A DNA stretch of 32,000 nt from Haloplanus pelagicus (GTDB lineage Archaea > Halobacteriota > Halobacteria > Halobacteriales > Haloferacaceae): NCBI RefSeq assembly GCF_023703795.1, contig NZ_CP098519.1:92229-124228 (forward strand). The letters run 5' to 3'. The notes beneath the pieces are model-generated. The model searched no databases. It was not told the DNA's origin and saw only the letters and a list, made by a program, of their open reading frames with translations. Made by a program: the position numbers and the translations under genes. This document shows positions 1 to 8,640 of this stretch, piece after piece (position 1 is the first letter of the stretch; each line of letters starts with the position of its first letter).

Positions 1-257
1 CGGAGTCGTCGTCGGAGTTCGATAAGGAGCCAGAGTGCCTCATCCGCGTCAAAGTCAGTTTCAGTAGCTTGGAGGTTTTGGACTGCTTCGTCAAGTGTAG
101 TTCGCGTCGTGGCTACGCCTAGCTCGGTAGAGGGTGACTCGTAGGGTGGATAGGACTTGTAGGGTCCCATCAAATAGACCAAAAGTCGGGGCTTGGAGAT
201 CTCTGTCTCGCTGAGGTAGGGGCTTGTATCGAGTGCCTCGATCAACCGCTCTTCCAT
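1..257 (-). CDS. Conserved haloarchaeal hypothetical protein, cut by the window edge (C-terminus missing)
   Basis: Reverse-strand reading from ATG at 257: MEERLIEALDTSPYLSETEISKPRLLVYLMGPYKSYPPYESPSTELGVATTRTTLDEAVQNLQATETDFDADEALWLLIELRRR..., open to the window edge. Not in the supplied ORF track. Confidence 0.6.
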   Translation of the reverse strand, partial: MEERLIEALDTSPYLSETEISKPRLLVYLMGPYKSYPPYESPSTELGVATTRTTLDEAVQNLQATETDFDADEALWLLIELRRRL

Positions 258-351
258 TATCCGTTACTCAATTCGGTGGACCAAATAGTTGGATGGTCTC
301 GCCGCAACCATAGTAAAAAATCTTAAGATGGTAGGGAACCAACTGACTTAT

Positions 352-807
352 ATGACTAACTCGCCCGACCGAACGTCAATTCCTGACGGCGGTTCGCTCC
401 GACGGCGTGACGACCCTAATGAGGGCGATAACGGGTTCGACCTTGACGTTGAACTCCCTGAAGACAGCCTGTTCGATCTTGACGATTACTTGAAGATGTA
501 CGAAGTGGCGTCTAAGCCCAAGCAATATCTGATCCTTGAGGCGCTTGCGGAGAATAATCAACTCAGCACCAGCGAACTGTCAATGGTACTTGGTGAGGAG
601 GATAATGCGCTCCACTATCCGCTCCGGACGCTCAAAGATGTCGCACTCATCAAGAACCGACGCGATCCGAATACGGGGACTGAAGAGACCTATTCGTACT
701 ACGAACTGACGGAGCTAGGACGGATCGTGTTGACCGAGGGGATCCGCGAGGGTGTCCAAATACTGGCTCGGCAAGAAGCATCTCTCGAAGACAAATATAG
801 CAAGTAA
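352..807 (+). CDS. Winged-helix (ArsR/MarR-like) transcriptional regulator
   Basis: ORF 289..807; likely leaderless start at ATG 352 (MTNSPDRTS...) about 25 nt after an AT-rich TATA-like stretch. LLILEALAENNQLSTSELSMVLGEE...LHYPLRTLKDVALIKNRRD...YYELTELGRIVL is a typical wHTH pattern. Confidence 0.7.
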   Translation: MTNSPDRTSIPDGGSLRRRDDPNEGDNGFDLDVELPEDSLFDLDDYLKMYEVASKPKQYLILEALAENNQLSTSELSMVLGEEDNALHYPLRTLKDVALIKNRRDPNTGTEETYSYYELTELGRIVLTEGIREGVQILARQEASLEDKYSK

Positions 808-840
808 ATCGCCCCGAGGCCCTCGACAGTTTTTGTACAT

Positions 841-1497
841 TCACCCTTCACTAATCACTGGGTCAAGCGATTTCATCGAAAAATCTGATTTCGAGCAGTA
901 TCGTTCGGCGACGTCCATCAGCGCTCGTGTGCGGCGAATATCGGCGACGTTGTGGAGTACGACCGCTTCGAAATCACCAGTCTCCCACGCGTCGACGGCC
1001 TCGCTACTTTTCCCAATTGGATCGACTGTGCCGTGGCCGGAAGCCACGAGCTCGTCATACACTCCAGTGAGGCTGTTCTCGCTCGTGTTGAATCGTGAGG
1101 AGAAGACCTCCATCACGTCGATGTACGGCAGCTCGGTGAACGGCCACTCGCGTTCATGATGACTCAACCGCGTTCGAAGAAATGGCAGATCGAATCCTCC
1201 CTTCCAGGTTTCCCCGTTGTAGGCAACGAGCTTGACATCTCGCTGTGCGATCGTGGCGTCGACGAACGTCTTGACTGCGTCCAACAGTGCGCCCTCATCG
1301 TCATGAACAGAGAGCGTTACTGGCGTGGCGAGATGCTCATTCACGCGCTGTTCGATATCTGCGGCACACGCACTCCCGTCTGTATTGAGGAACACTCTCG
1401 AGCCGATCTCGGCGTCGAAGCCGACGACGGTCAGCTGGTCAGTCGTCGAAAACCCCGTCGTCTCGATGTCGAATGCGATCGTCGCGAGTGTACTCAT
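841..1497 (-). CDS. RNase H-like 3'-5' exonuclease-type protein (DEDD/DnaQ-like)
   Basis: N-terminal IAFDIETTGF (DxE motif), KLVAYNGETWKGGFDLPFLRTRL (N/D motif), HNVADIRRTRALMD. Confidence 0.7.
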   Translation of the reverse strand: MSTLATIAFDIETTGFSTTDQLTVVGFDAEIGSRVFLNTDGSACAADIEQRVNEHLATPVTLSVHDDEGALLDAVKTFVDATIAQRDVKLVAYNGETWKGGFDLPFLRTRLSHHEREWPFTELPYIDVMEVFSSRFNTSENSLTGVYDELVASGHGTVDPIGKSSEAVDAWETGDFEAVVLHNVADIRRTRALMDVAERYCSKSDFSMKSLDPVISEG

Positions 1498-1838
1498 TGG
1501 GGTGGCTCGCTGGTTTCTTCATCGGATACTTGCGCATCGGTGTGCTGTTCGTCGAGCCAGTGTTCGAGCGCTTCGAGGCGTTCCTCGTGGTCTTCCAACG
1601 TGGCCTCCTGTTCGAGATCGATACTGAATAGCGCCGGCACCAGTGGATTCTGATGGTTCAACAGCCCGCTCGCGTCAGCGTGTTCGCGAGCGTACTCGAA
1701 CAGTTGGTCGAAGCGTGGTTGGTCGCGACGACGGAGCGCCCGTCGGAACTCCGCCCAGCGGTCTTCGATAGCCCGCAGTGCATCCCGATATGTCGGATTC
1801 GTGCGTCCCATTGTTAGCGCCCCCCAGGTGCTGTCCAC
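1494..1838 (-). CDS. Hypothetical protein
   Basis: ORF MDSTWGALTMGRTNPTYRDALRAIEDRWAEFRRAL...; 4-nt overlap with the exonuclease-like gene suggests co-transcription. Confidence 0.5.
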   Translation of the reverse strand: MDSTWGALTMGRTNPTYRDALRAIEDRWAEFRRALRRRDQPRFDQLFEYAREHADASGLLNHQNPLVPALFSIDLEQEATLEDHEERLEALEHWLDEQHTDAQVSDEETSEPPQ

Positions 1839-2752
1839 GCATCGAGGAGCGGACTCGCGGTGAGCGACGTCGTCTCGCCGTCAGCGGTCACGCTTGTTCC
1901 AACAACTGCCGGACTCGACGTCGACGACGGGGGTGTCGCCGGTTCGAGGCCAACCTGCGTCGCCCGCGTAGCGAGTAGCTGTCGCCAGTAGGCAAATGTG
2001 GTCTGGTAGTACGAACCGTCATCAACGGGATAGACGAGTGTCTCGAACTCGTCACCGACGAGTCGCGGCCCCATCCGTGTTTGCTCACACTCAAGATGGT
2101 GATTGGCGGCCGTCGCGACCGCTGCTGTGAACTCATCGATCGTACTCCGAGTAACGAGTACCGGGATGTCATAGCTGTCAGCGTACGTCGCTAGCCGAGC
2201 GAGAGTTCTCGCTTGTAGTGTTTCTGCGTGGTGCTCGCTGAGCGTCTCGTCGCTGCGGTACTGGGCGTCGACGGCCGGCGCGACGATGAGCGACGGGGTG
2301 TGTGGAGACGAGTCATCGTCTTGACCCATTGAATGTCGATCGGATGTGCTGGTGACAGCGGTCGATTTCTGGATGGCCTGGTTTACTGCTGTCGGGAGAT
2401 CGTCGACAGCGCCGTAGTGCTGGTACGCGGTAAATCCGCGTGCGACGTGGATGCGGTCGAGCAACCGCTGGCTCGGTGTGATCTGAGCCAGCGTCGTCGT
2501 CGTCGCGTGGCCGTTCGCATCAACCCAGAAGGCGGGCCCATCGTGTAACAAGAGATGGTCAAGCACGAGCGACTGGAGGATTGGGACGCCACGCCCCCCG
2601 TCTATGTCCAGCAGCGTGATGCCGTCGTCGAGTGACGGTAGCAGCATCGCTTCTGTGGCTGGGTCGGCTTGATCAGCCAAGGTCCGATTGCGGTCAGCCC
2701 CCCGTGTCGGCTTGTCGGCCGCCATTCGGTTCGATGGTGGGTGGTCTCCCAT
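1814..2752 (-). CDS. Hypothetical protein, possibly RecA/RadA-like fold
   Basis: Acidic haloarchaeal protein, SLDDGITLLDIDGGRGVPILQSLVLDHLLLHDGPAFWVDANGHATTTTLAQI...; resembles RecA-fold paralogues but no canonical Walker A is seen. Confidence 0.45.
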   Translation of the reverse strand: MGDHPPSNRMAADKPTRGADRNRTLADQADPATEAMLLPSLDDGITLLDIDGGRGVPILQSLVLDHLLLHDGPAFWVDANGHATTTTLAQITPSQRLLDRIHVARGFTAYQHYGAVDDLPTAVNQAIQKSTAVTSTSDRHSMGQDDDSSPHTPSLIVAPAVDAQYRSDETLSEHHAETLQARTLARLATYADSYDIPVLVTRSTIDEFTAAVATAANHHLECEQTRMGPRLVGDEFETLVYPVDDGSYYQTTFAYWRQLLATRATQVGLEPATPPSSTSSPAVVGTSVTADGETTSLTASPLLDAWTAPGGR

Positions 2753-3036
2753 ACTCGATAACTAGTCACCCTCTCAATAAGCGACGGCGCGGTGCTTCCG
2801 TGTTTCAGGGAATAGCCTCTAGTGGCTACAGAATGGCCCAGTAAGCGTATATTTGGCCTGGCTGTTGCTTCCGAGAAAACTTCCACAGTTCTGACTCTGT
2901 TGAAATTCTCGACTGATGATTGTTCGGAAAGGGCATGCTGAATACAACGCGCGTATCCTGTGTAGAATTGCTCCAGTATTGAGCGAACATACCATGGCTA
3001 ACTCGACTTCAAAACCGAGAGTAGCTACCAATAAGA

Positions 3037-4074
3037 TTATTTTACGTACCTATCCACGACATCGTGTAGGTTTTCGTCATTAATGAATTCAGTTAGTTCT
3101 ATGCCATCGATCAATTCAACATCCAAATCCTGAGCAGCTTTTCGTGCATTTTCTGTGAATTGAGCAGTAGTTACTAGAAATGACTTGTCACCATCCACCA
3201 TTTTATCAATTGCTCCATAGTTCCTTATCGTACCTAGATTAATAGTGCTATCTGGTTGATATCGCTTGACTTGAATAGCATGTTTTTCACGCCAAGGATC
3301 CTGCCGTTGAGCAATTACATCTATGCCCAAGTCATCTTCATCTGGAACCACATTAGCACTAAATCCTATCTCCTTCCAACAATCCGCTATGAAGTGTTCA
3401 AATTCGGTAGGATCCATGGCATATAGTTTTTCTAATAATTCTTTATTAGGCAACGCTTGGTATTGCTTGCCTTCTTCTACTCTTTGAATAAAAGTGTCAT
3501 ACCAAGATAAAACTCCCAAATCACTCAAATTAATTATATATCTGCCGATAGCATTGTCTTCCCCATCTCTAACGGACGTACGAAGTCCTTCCATTAACTC
3601 ATATGCATCCTCCAAAAGGTCTATTGAGGGTTTCCCAAGCAGATGATATACAGAAAACCAATCCATCTCATCTCTTCTAATACAAAAACGCAACATTTCT
3701 CTAGCATTGAGAATTTTATCGTGATCTAAGTCATTAGCAGAGGGATTAGTATAATCAGGGAGTTCTATTACATATCTTGAAGCCTCAAGAAATCTATCTT
3801 TGTTCCCTCCCAATTCTTTCATTCCAAAATCGTCCGCCGACACGTGGAGTTCGTTGTTTTTTCGGCTTACTCGGTATACGTGGGCATCCAAGGGCCTATT
3901 GAGCTCAACAGGCTGTCGGTTCGATAGACGAATATCCCACTCATTATCAAGATCGTCAGGCCTCTCGCATTCGTATACTGTGAAACTTCCACGTTCAGTG
4001 CTCTTCTTAACAGGGATTACAGTTACCTGTTCACCTATTAGATCAGATCGGGGGTGGGATACATTAATCACCAT
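3037..4074 (-). CDS. Mrr-type restriction endonuclease-like protein (PD-(D/E)XK)
   Basis: C-terminal FEHFIADCWKEIGFSANVVPDEDDLGIDVIAQRQDPWREKHAIQVKRYQPDSTINLGTIRNYGAIDKM matches the Mrr_cat pattern D...QVK. Confidence 0.75.
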   Translation of the reverse strand: MVINVSHPRSDLIGEQVTVIPVKKSTERGSFTVYECERPDDLDNEWDIRLSNRQPVELNRPLDAHVYRVSRKNNELHVSADDFGMKELGGNKDRFLEASRYVIELPDYTNPSANDLDHDKILNAREMLRFCIRRDEMDWFSVYHLLGKPSIDLLEDAYELMEGLRTSVRDGEDNAIGRYIINLSDLGVLSWYDTFIQRVEEGKQYQALPNKELLEKLYAMDPTEFEHFIADCWKEIGFSANVVPDEDDLGIDVIAQRQDPWREKHAIQVKRYQPDSTINLGTIRNYGAIDKMVDGDKSFLVTTAQFTENARKAAQDLDVELIDGIELTEFINDENLHDVVDRYVK

Positions 4075-4277
4075 GATGATTCGTTATCCGCTAATAACTA
4101 CAGTATTTCGCCGGCAAATTCTCTGAGCGGTTGCCTAGAGGTCTGAGAATAAGTAGTCTGTACTAGACAATATTACACAATACAGTCTGATGAACCTACC
4201 CTCTACATTTAGCAACGGTACCTATCATTACCAAAACATTTTAACAGAGTCTAAATCCTCGTTCTTGTTGATCCAGC

Positions 4278-4310
4278 TTAACCAACATTAGCACTAATCT
4301 TGTTGGTTAA
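4278..4310. repeat. Perfect 10-bp inverted repeat with nested dyad
   Basis: TTAACCAACA (4278-4287) and TGTTGGTTAA (4301-4310), with inner ATTAG (4287-4291) / CTAAT (4294-4298). Confidence 0.85.
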
Positions 4311-4399
4311 TTCGGCACGTGTTCTGGATCTAGCGGGATTCCGAGACAGAAGAGTTCGAGGGGGGGAACGCTTTTATTCGGCCTCTATTATCCGCATGT

Positions 4400-5107
4400 G
4401 TGACTAATTCCGACCAATCTGCTTTTGAGACTTTGATTGACGAGATTCATACTGATTTCTCCGACAATCCGGTTAACTACGGAAACGAGGATCCAGTCAT
4501 TCCGGAGTTGATCCACCGGCTTCGACAGAAAATAGATGTAGACTATCTCCCAGTAGAGTATCGTCAAGAGTACGCCGATAACGAACAGTGGCGAGTCCGT
4601 GATTTTTCGACTCGTGTTGATAACATTGGCCAGGCAACTCGAATCCGTCCAGAAGTTCTCTTTGTACATGAGGGAGAGCGGTGGAAGTACGAGCGAACAC
4701 TTGCTGGGGAAATCAAATCGACAGTGCCAAAATTTGATCTCGTTGTTTTCAACCCAGAACCACCGCTGATTGCGCAGAGCAAGGCGGAAGGCCCTGGTAA
4801 TTATTGGGATACTGAGAACGACATCTCGGTGCTTTGTGAGGTTAAACACTCAAAAAACGAATCCTCGAACTTCTTTGCTGAATCAAATGGTGCCGATGAT
4901 GTACAGGCGCTATCGCAGTATCCCGGCTCTGTAGAGCGGCGGGTATTCTTGTTCTTCGACTGGTGGCCAATCGATGGGAACCAATCCCATCGATACGAGC
5001 GCCACCGAGACCGATTGATAGAGAATGTCGGAGTGATATCAGAGCCAGTAGATGTTATTTTTCTCTCCCGTATTGGCGACTACCACACATTCACTATCGG
5101 ATACTGA
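4400..5107 (+). CDS. Hypothetical protein with a possible PD-(D/E)XK nuclease-like core
   Basis: GTG start 4400 with a TTTTATT-like box about 27 nt upstream. Motif PKFDLVVFNPEPP...DISVLCEVKHSKNESS (D...ExK). Confidence 0.55.
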   Translation: MTNSDQSAFETLIDEIHTDFSDNPVNYGNEDPVIPELIHRLRQKIDVDYLPVEYRQEYADNEQWRVRDFSTRVDNIGQATRIRPEVLFVHEGERWKYERTLAGEIKSTVPKFDLVVFNPEPPLIAQSKAEGPGNYWDTENDISVLCEVKHSKNESSNFFAESNGADDVQALSQYPGSVERRVFLFFDWWPIDGNQSHRYERHRDRLIENVGVISEPVDVIFLSRIGDYHTFTIGY

Positions 5108-5264
5108 AGCGTCTCAGTTGGGCTTTTCAGACTATTATCGGCTGAAACGTCTGATCGCTGGAGACTGTGTATTGAACATAACTGGTCAGAATGTAACCCG
5201 TGTTGAGGATTTCAACAGAGCTGAATTAGCGTATTTACACTCCTACTACCGACTTAACAGATTG

Positions 5265-6293
5265 TTACGAAACTGGCGACGCAGCTGCTGAATCAACGAG
5301 TGAGTACTCGCGGTCTCGACTCGTGCCTTCTGCTTCGAGGAGATTGTACTGTGCCATCTTCGAAAGGTAGGTCCGGACAGTGCGTTTCGTCCGCGGATCG
5401 TCGACCGCCCCAGTATAGTGGTCGTGAATCTCGCTGGGTCCAAGTGGCCCGTGGTCGCGAACAATATCGTATACGACCCGCTGGTGTGGCGTAAGCGAGT
5501 CAAGGCTCTTCTGCTTAATTTGGGCCCGAGCATCTTCAGCGGCATCTAGGAGGATGTCGTTAGTGATCTCCTCGTGATTTTCGCGATCAGCCGTGCTGGC
5601 TGCGCTGCGAAGCATCCCGATAGCCAGACGAGCATCACCAGCGGCCGCATCGGCGATCTGATAGAGCTGCTCGTCGGTGATGACGTCGTTTTCAAGGCCC
5701 CATTTCGTTCGAGCACTCAGAATATCGTAGAGTTGCTCGTTGTGGTACTTGTCCATCCGGACGTGTTCGCTTGAGCGCAGCCGACTTACGAGCCGGTCGT
5801 CGACGCGGCTGAACAGCTCTTCTTCCTTGTTCGCGATACAGATCACCGCGAACTGCTCCATACTGTGGAGGTCGTAGATGAGGCTCGGGTCTTCGAGTTG
5901 GTCGACCTCGTCGAGGATGACAACGGTTCGAGGACCGTCGTACTGTTGGAGCCGATCAATGAGCTCGTCGTGGGGTGTCGACTGCCGATGAATGTCTATC
6001 GTCGCGCCGATGTCGTCGAGGATCTGGTACAGCGTTCGGAAGCGGCTGTAGTTTCGCCAGCAGTTGACGTAGGTGGCCTCGACGTCGAGCACTTCCTCGC
6101 GGAGCCGTTCGGTAACGAACTTCGAGACACAGGTTTTACCGACACCGCTCGGACCGGTGACGATAGCCGTGTCAGCTGGCTCTCCGTTCGTGATCGGTTC
6201 GAGAACGCTCGAGAGGTGGTTGACTTCGGCGTCGCGATGCTCGACTTCTCGAGGGACGAACCCGGCGCGGAGGACGCGAGCATCACGGATCAT
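5265..6293 (-). CDS. Orc1/Cdc6 family replication initiator / AAA+ ATPase
   Basis: TAIVTGPSGVGKTCVSKFVTE (Walker A), RTVVILDEVDQLED (Walker B), ICIANKEE (sensor 1), GDARLAIGMLRSAAS (sensor 2), C-terminal wHTH. Confidence 0.9.
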   Translation of the reverse strand: MIRDARVLRAGFVPREVEHRDAEVNHLSSVLEPITNGEPADTAIVTGPSGVGKTCVSKFVTERLREEVLDVEATYVNCWRNYSRFRTLYQILDDIGATIDIHRQSTPHDELIDRLQQYDGPRTVVILDEVDQLEDPSLIYDLHSMEQFAVICIANKEEELFSRVDDRLVSRLRSSEHVRMDKYHNEQLYDILSARTKWGLENDVITDEQLYQIADAAAGDARLAIGMLRSAASTADRENHEEITNDILLDAAEDARAQIKQKSLDSLTPHQRVVYDIVRDHGPLGPSEIHDHYTGAVDDPRTKRTVRTYLSKMAQYNLLEAEGTSRDREYSLVDSAAASPVS

Positions 6294-6448
6294 TTGTTTC
6301 TGACAGACTAATTTCCGGTCAGGTTATAAAAACCTCACCGGGTCAGTTCCGGAAAATTCCTCATCGCCGTTGAATTGCTTCTTCTATAGTGTCGCTGTCT
6401 CCCGATTCTGATTGTGGAAACGCTCCACTTCCGGAAACGTCCAAAAAC

Positions 6449-6635
6449 TCACTCGGCTCTCTCTAGCCCGGCGTCTTCACCGTCAACCTCGATGACATCA
6501 CCGTCGCCAACGTTCAGCGCGTTACGAAGCTTCTCGAGATGGTCATCTGCCTCCTCGCGGATCTCCTTCGCGGTGGTGAGATCAACCTCTCCATCTTCGA
6601 GTGTCTCGGCGGCCTCTTCAACAGCGTCCTGTGAT
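6449..6635 (-). pseudogene. Exodeoxyribonuclease VII small subunit (XseB-like), N-terminally truncated remnant
   Basis: Reverse translation QDAVEEAAETLEDGEVDLTTAKEIREEADDHLEKLRNALNVGDGDVIEVDGEDAGLERAE* resembles XseB. No ATG/GTG/TTG in frame between the upstream TAG and this segment, and it overlaps the 3' end of the hydrolase gene. Confidence 0.55.
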
Positions 6636-7415
6636 GAACGACGAAAGGACGTGGTTGAACCGCTCAGGCTCCTCTAAGAAGGGACAATGACCACTATTGG
6701 TGAAGCGCTCAAGCTCGGCGTCAGGTGTATTGTCGGCAACGTATTCGACACCACCATTCTCTAGCATCGTTTCGTCTTCACCAAGACACACGAGGGTAGG
6801 AACATCCACGTCGGGAACCATTTCCCGGTAGTCGCGTACTGATTGGTCGAAAAGAATCGCGCTCGTGATCGGTGGTGGGACTCGTGTGATCTCGTCGAAG
6901 AGCGTCTGTTCGACAGTATTCGGTTCATCCACGAGCATCTCGTCAATGAGGGACCACGCCAGCTCGTGTGGATTTGTTTGTGCGAGCTCCATGAGTCCAC
7001 GAAGTTCATCAAAGCCGAACACACCGTGCTCGTAATCCTCCTGTTCAAGATCCAGTGGCTGTTGTTCGACACTTACGAAGCCGCGGAATCGGTCTGTCCC
7101 AAACTGACGAACGTATTCCCATGCCACGAGCGACCCCATCGACCAGCCGACCAGAATAACATCAGAAAGACCCTGTGCGTCAAGGAACGCCTCCAGGTCA
7201 CGAGCATACTGAGGCAGGGTATGTCCGGTTTCGGTTTTCTCGGAACGACCATGGCCTCTGAAATCGAGGGTGATCACCCGATACTCGTCGCTGAGAGGCT
7301 GCTGTTCGCTGAAGAACCGGCTACTCATCAACACTCCGTGAAGGAAGACAACCGGTACTCCGTCTCCATCCGATTCGTAGTACAACTCCGCCCCGTTGAC
7401 CGATTCAGTTGGCAT
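6618..7415 (-). CDS. Alpha/beta hydrolase
   Basis: GVPVVFLHGVLMSSRFF...VITLDFRGHGRS...VILVGWSMGSLVAWEYV (nucleophile elbow GWSMG), C-terminal SGHCPFLEEPERF. Confidence 0.9.
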   Translation of the reverse strand: MPTESVNGAELYYESDGDGVPVVFLHGVLMSSRFFSEQQPLSDEYRVITLDFRGHGRSEKTETGHTLPQYARDLEAFLDAQGLSDVILVGWSMGSLVAWEYVRQFGTDRFRGFVSVEQQPLDLEQEDYEHGVFGFDELRGLMELAQTNPHELAWSLIDEMLVDEPNTVEQTLFDEITRVPPPITSAILFDQSVRDYREMVPDVDVPTLVCLGEDETMLENGGVEYVADNTPDAELERFTNSGHCPFLEEPERFNHVLSSFITGRC

Positions 7416-7587
7416 ATCGGAAGATATGTATGATCGCTGTTAGTTGTTGTGCCGAATGCTGCTGATATCCAGTTGTTCCACTCTAGTATAGCACATTATG
7501 CCTCAGAACAGGGTATCCGCTATTGACTCTCCTCAGTCGCTTCCGTTGACGCCACCTTCTTGACGATATTGACCGAACATCGATTGT

Positions 7588-8223
7588 ATGAATGTTCTCG
7601 TCGCTGGTTCGCATGGACAAGTTGGCCAACACGTGACCCGTCTGCTTGCTGAGAGCGATCACAGCGTTCAGGGGATGGTGCGTGTGGAATCGCAAGCACC
7701 AGATATCAGGGATTTGGATGCTGAGCCGGTTGTAGCGGATCTCACCGGTGATGTCTCACACGCCGTTGAAGAAATTGACGCGATCATTTTCGCTGCGGGA
7801 TCGGGTGGTGAAGACGTGTGGGGTGTTGACCGCGACGGTGCGATTAACATCATTGACGAGGCGGTATCTGCGGGGGTAGAACGGTTTGTGATGCTTAGTT
7901 CGATTAATGCCGATCAGCCTGAGAATAGCCCCGAGGCGTTGCGAGAGTATCTCCGCGCAAAGGGTGAGGCCGACGAGTATCTCCAACAGAGCAACCTGAC
8001 GTACACTATCGTTCGTCCTGGACCGCTGACAAACGAAGGTGGTACCAAACGAATCAAAACAGGTACTGATCTCGACAGAGACGCGATTGAGATCCCGCGA
8101 GAAGATGTCGCCCGGACACTGATCGCGACGCTCGGGGCTGAGAGTACGTATGATGAAACGTTCGAACTTGCGGCCGGTGAGGTGTCGATCGGTGAGGCGT
8201 TAGAGACGCCACACCATACGTAG
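7588..8223 (+). CDS. NAD(P)-binding / SDR-family oxidoreductase (YwnB/HSCARG-like)
   Basis: MNVLVAGSHGQVGQHVTRLLAESDHSVQGMVR (Rossmann motif), DAIIFAAGSGG, ...YTIVRPGPLTNEGG. Confidence 0.85.
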   Translation: MNVLVAGSHGQVGQHVTRLLAESDHSVQGMVRVESQAPDIRDLDAEPVVADLTGDVSHAVEEIDAIIFAAGSGGEDVWGVDRDGAINIIDEAVSAGVERFVMLSSINADQPENSPEALREYLRAKGEADEYLQQSNLTYTIVRPGPLTNEGGTKRIKTGTDLDRDAIEIPREDVARTLIATLGAESTYDETFELAAGEVSIGEALETPHHT

Positions 8224-8388
8224 TCTGACGACCGGATTCGTGGACGGCTATCCTTTTTGATGGTGTCCGTACGGGTGTTGAAGTCCTTTGGCTGTACCAC
8301 ACCCCTCTGTCGACGCTATCGCCAAGCGCATCCGGATTGCCGGGGTGGTTTGACGCATGTTTCGCCGTTGGCGGCGACCCCCTCGTGA

Positions 8389-8628
8389 ATGAGTTGCTAC
8401 CGGACGGCCGGCCGCTTCTTGTTGCTGGGTGCGGTCTGGGGGACGGCGTTCATGGCGACGGACGTCGGCCTCGCAGATCTCCCCGTGGTACCGTTCGCAG
8501 CCGTGCGCTTTGATGTCGCTGCCGCGCTGCTGTTCGCCGCCGTTCTCGTCTCTGGTTCGGATGTCTATCCTCGGACTCTTCTGGTTTCAGTTTCACCCTC
8601 CTTGACGAACTCTTTTGTCGGTCTTTAA
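8389..8628 (+). pseudogene. Truncated EamA/DMT-family transporter fragment
   Basis: LLLGAVWGTAFMATDVGLADLPVVPFAAVRFDVAAALLFAAVLV is the first DMT helical pair. The frame then runs into an unrelated SVSPSLTNSFVGL tail and stops after 79 aa instead of about 300. Confidence 0.6.
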
Positions 8629-8640
8629 CGGTGTGGCAGT

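Noticed and set aside
6414-6677. + strand ORF (Ser/Pro-rich, METLHFRKRPKTHS...)
   Set aside because: Low-complexity basic product antisense to the XseB-like frame and hydrolase end; typical high-GC shadow ORF.
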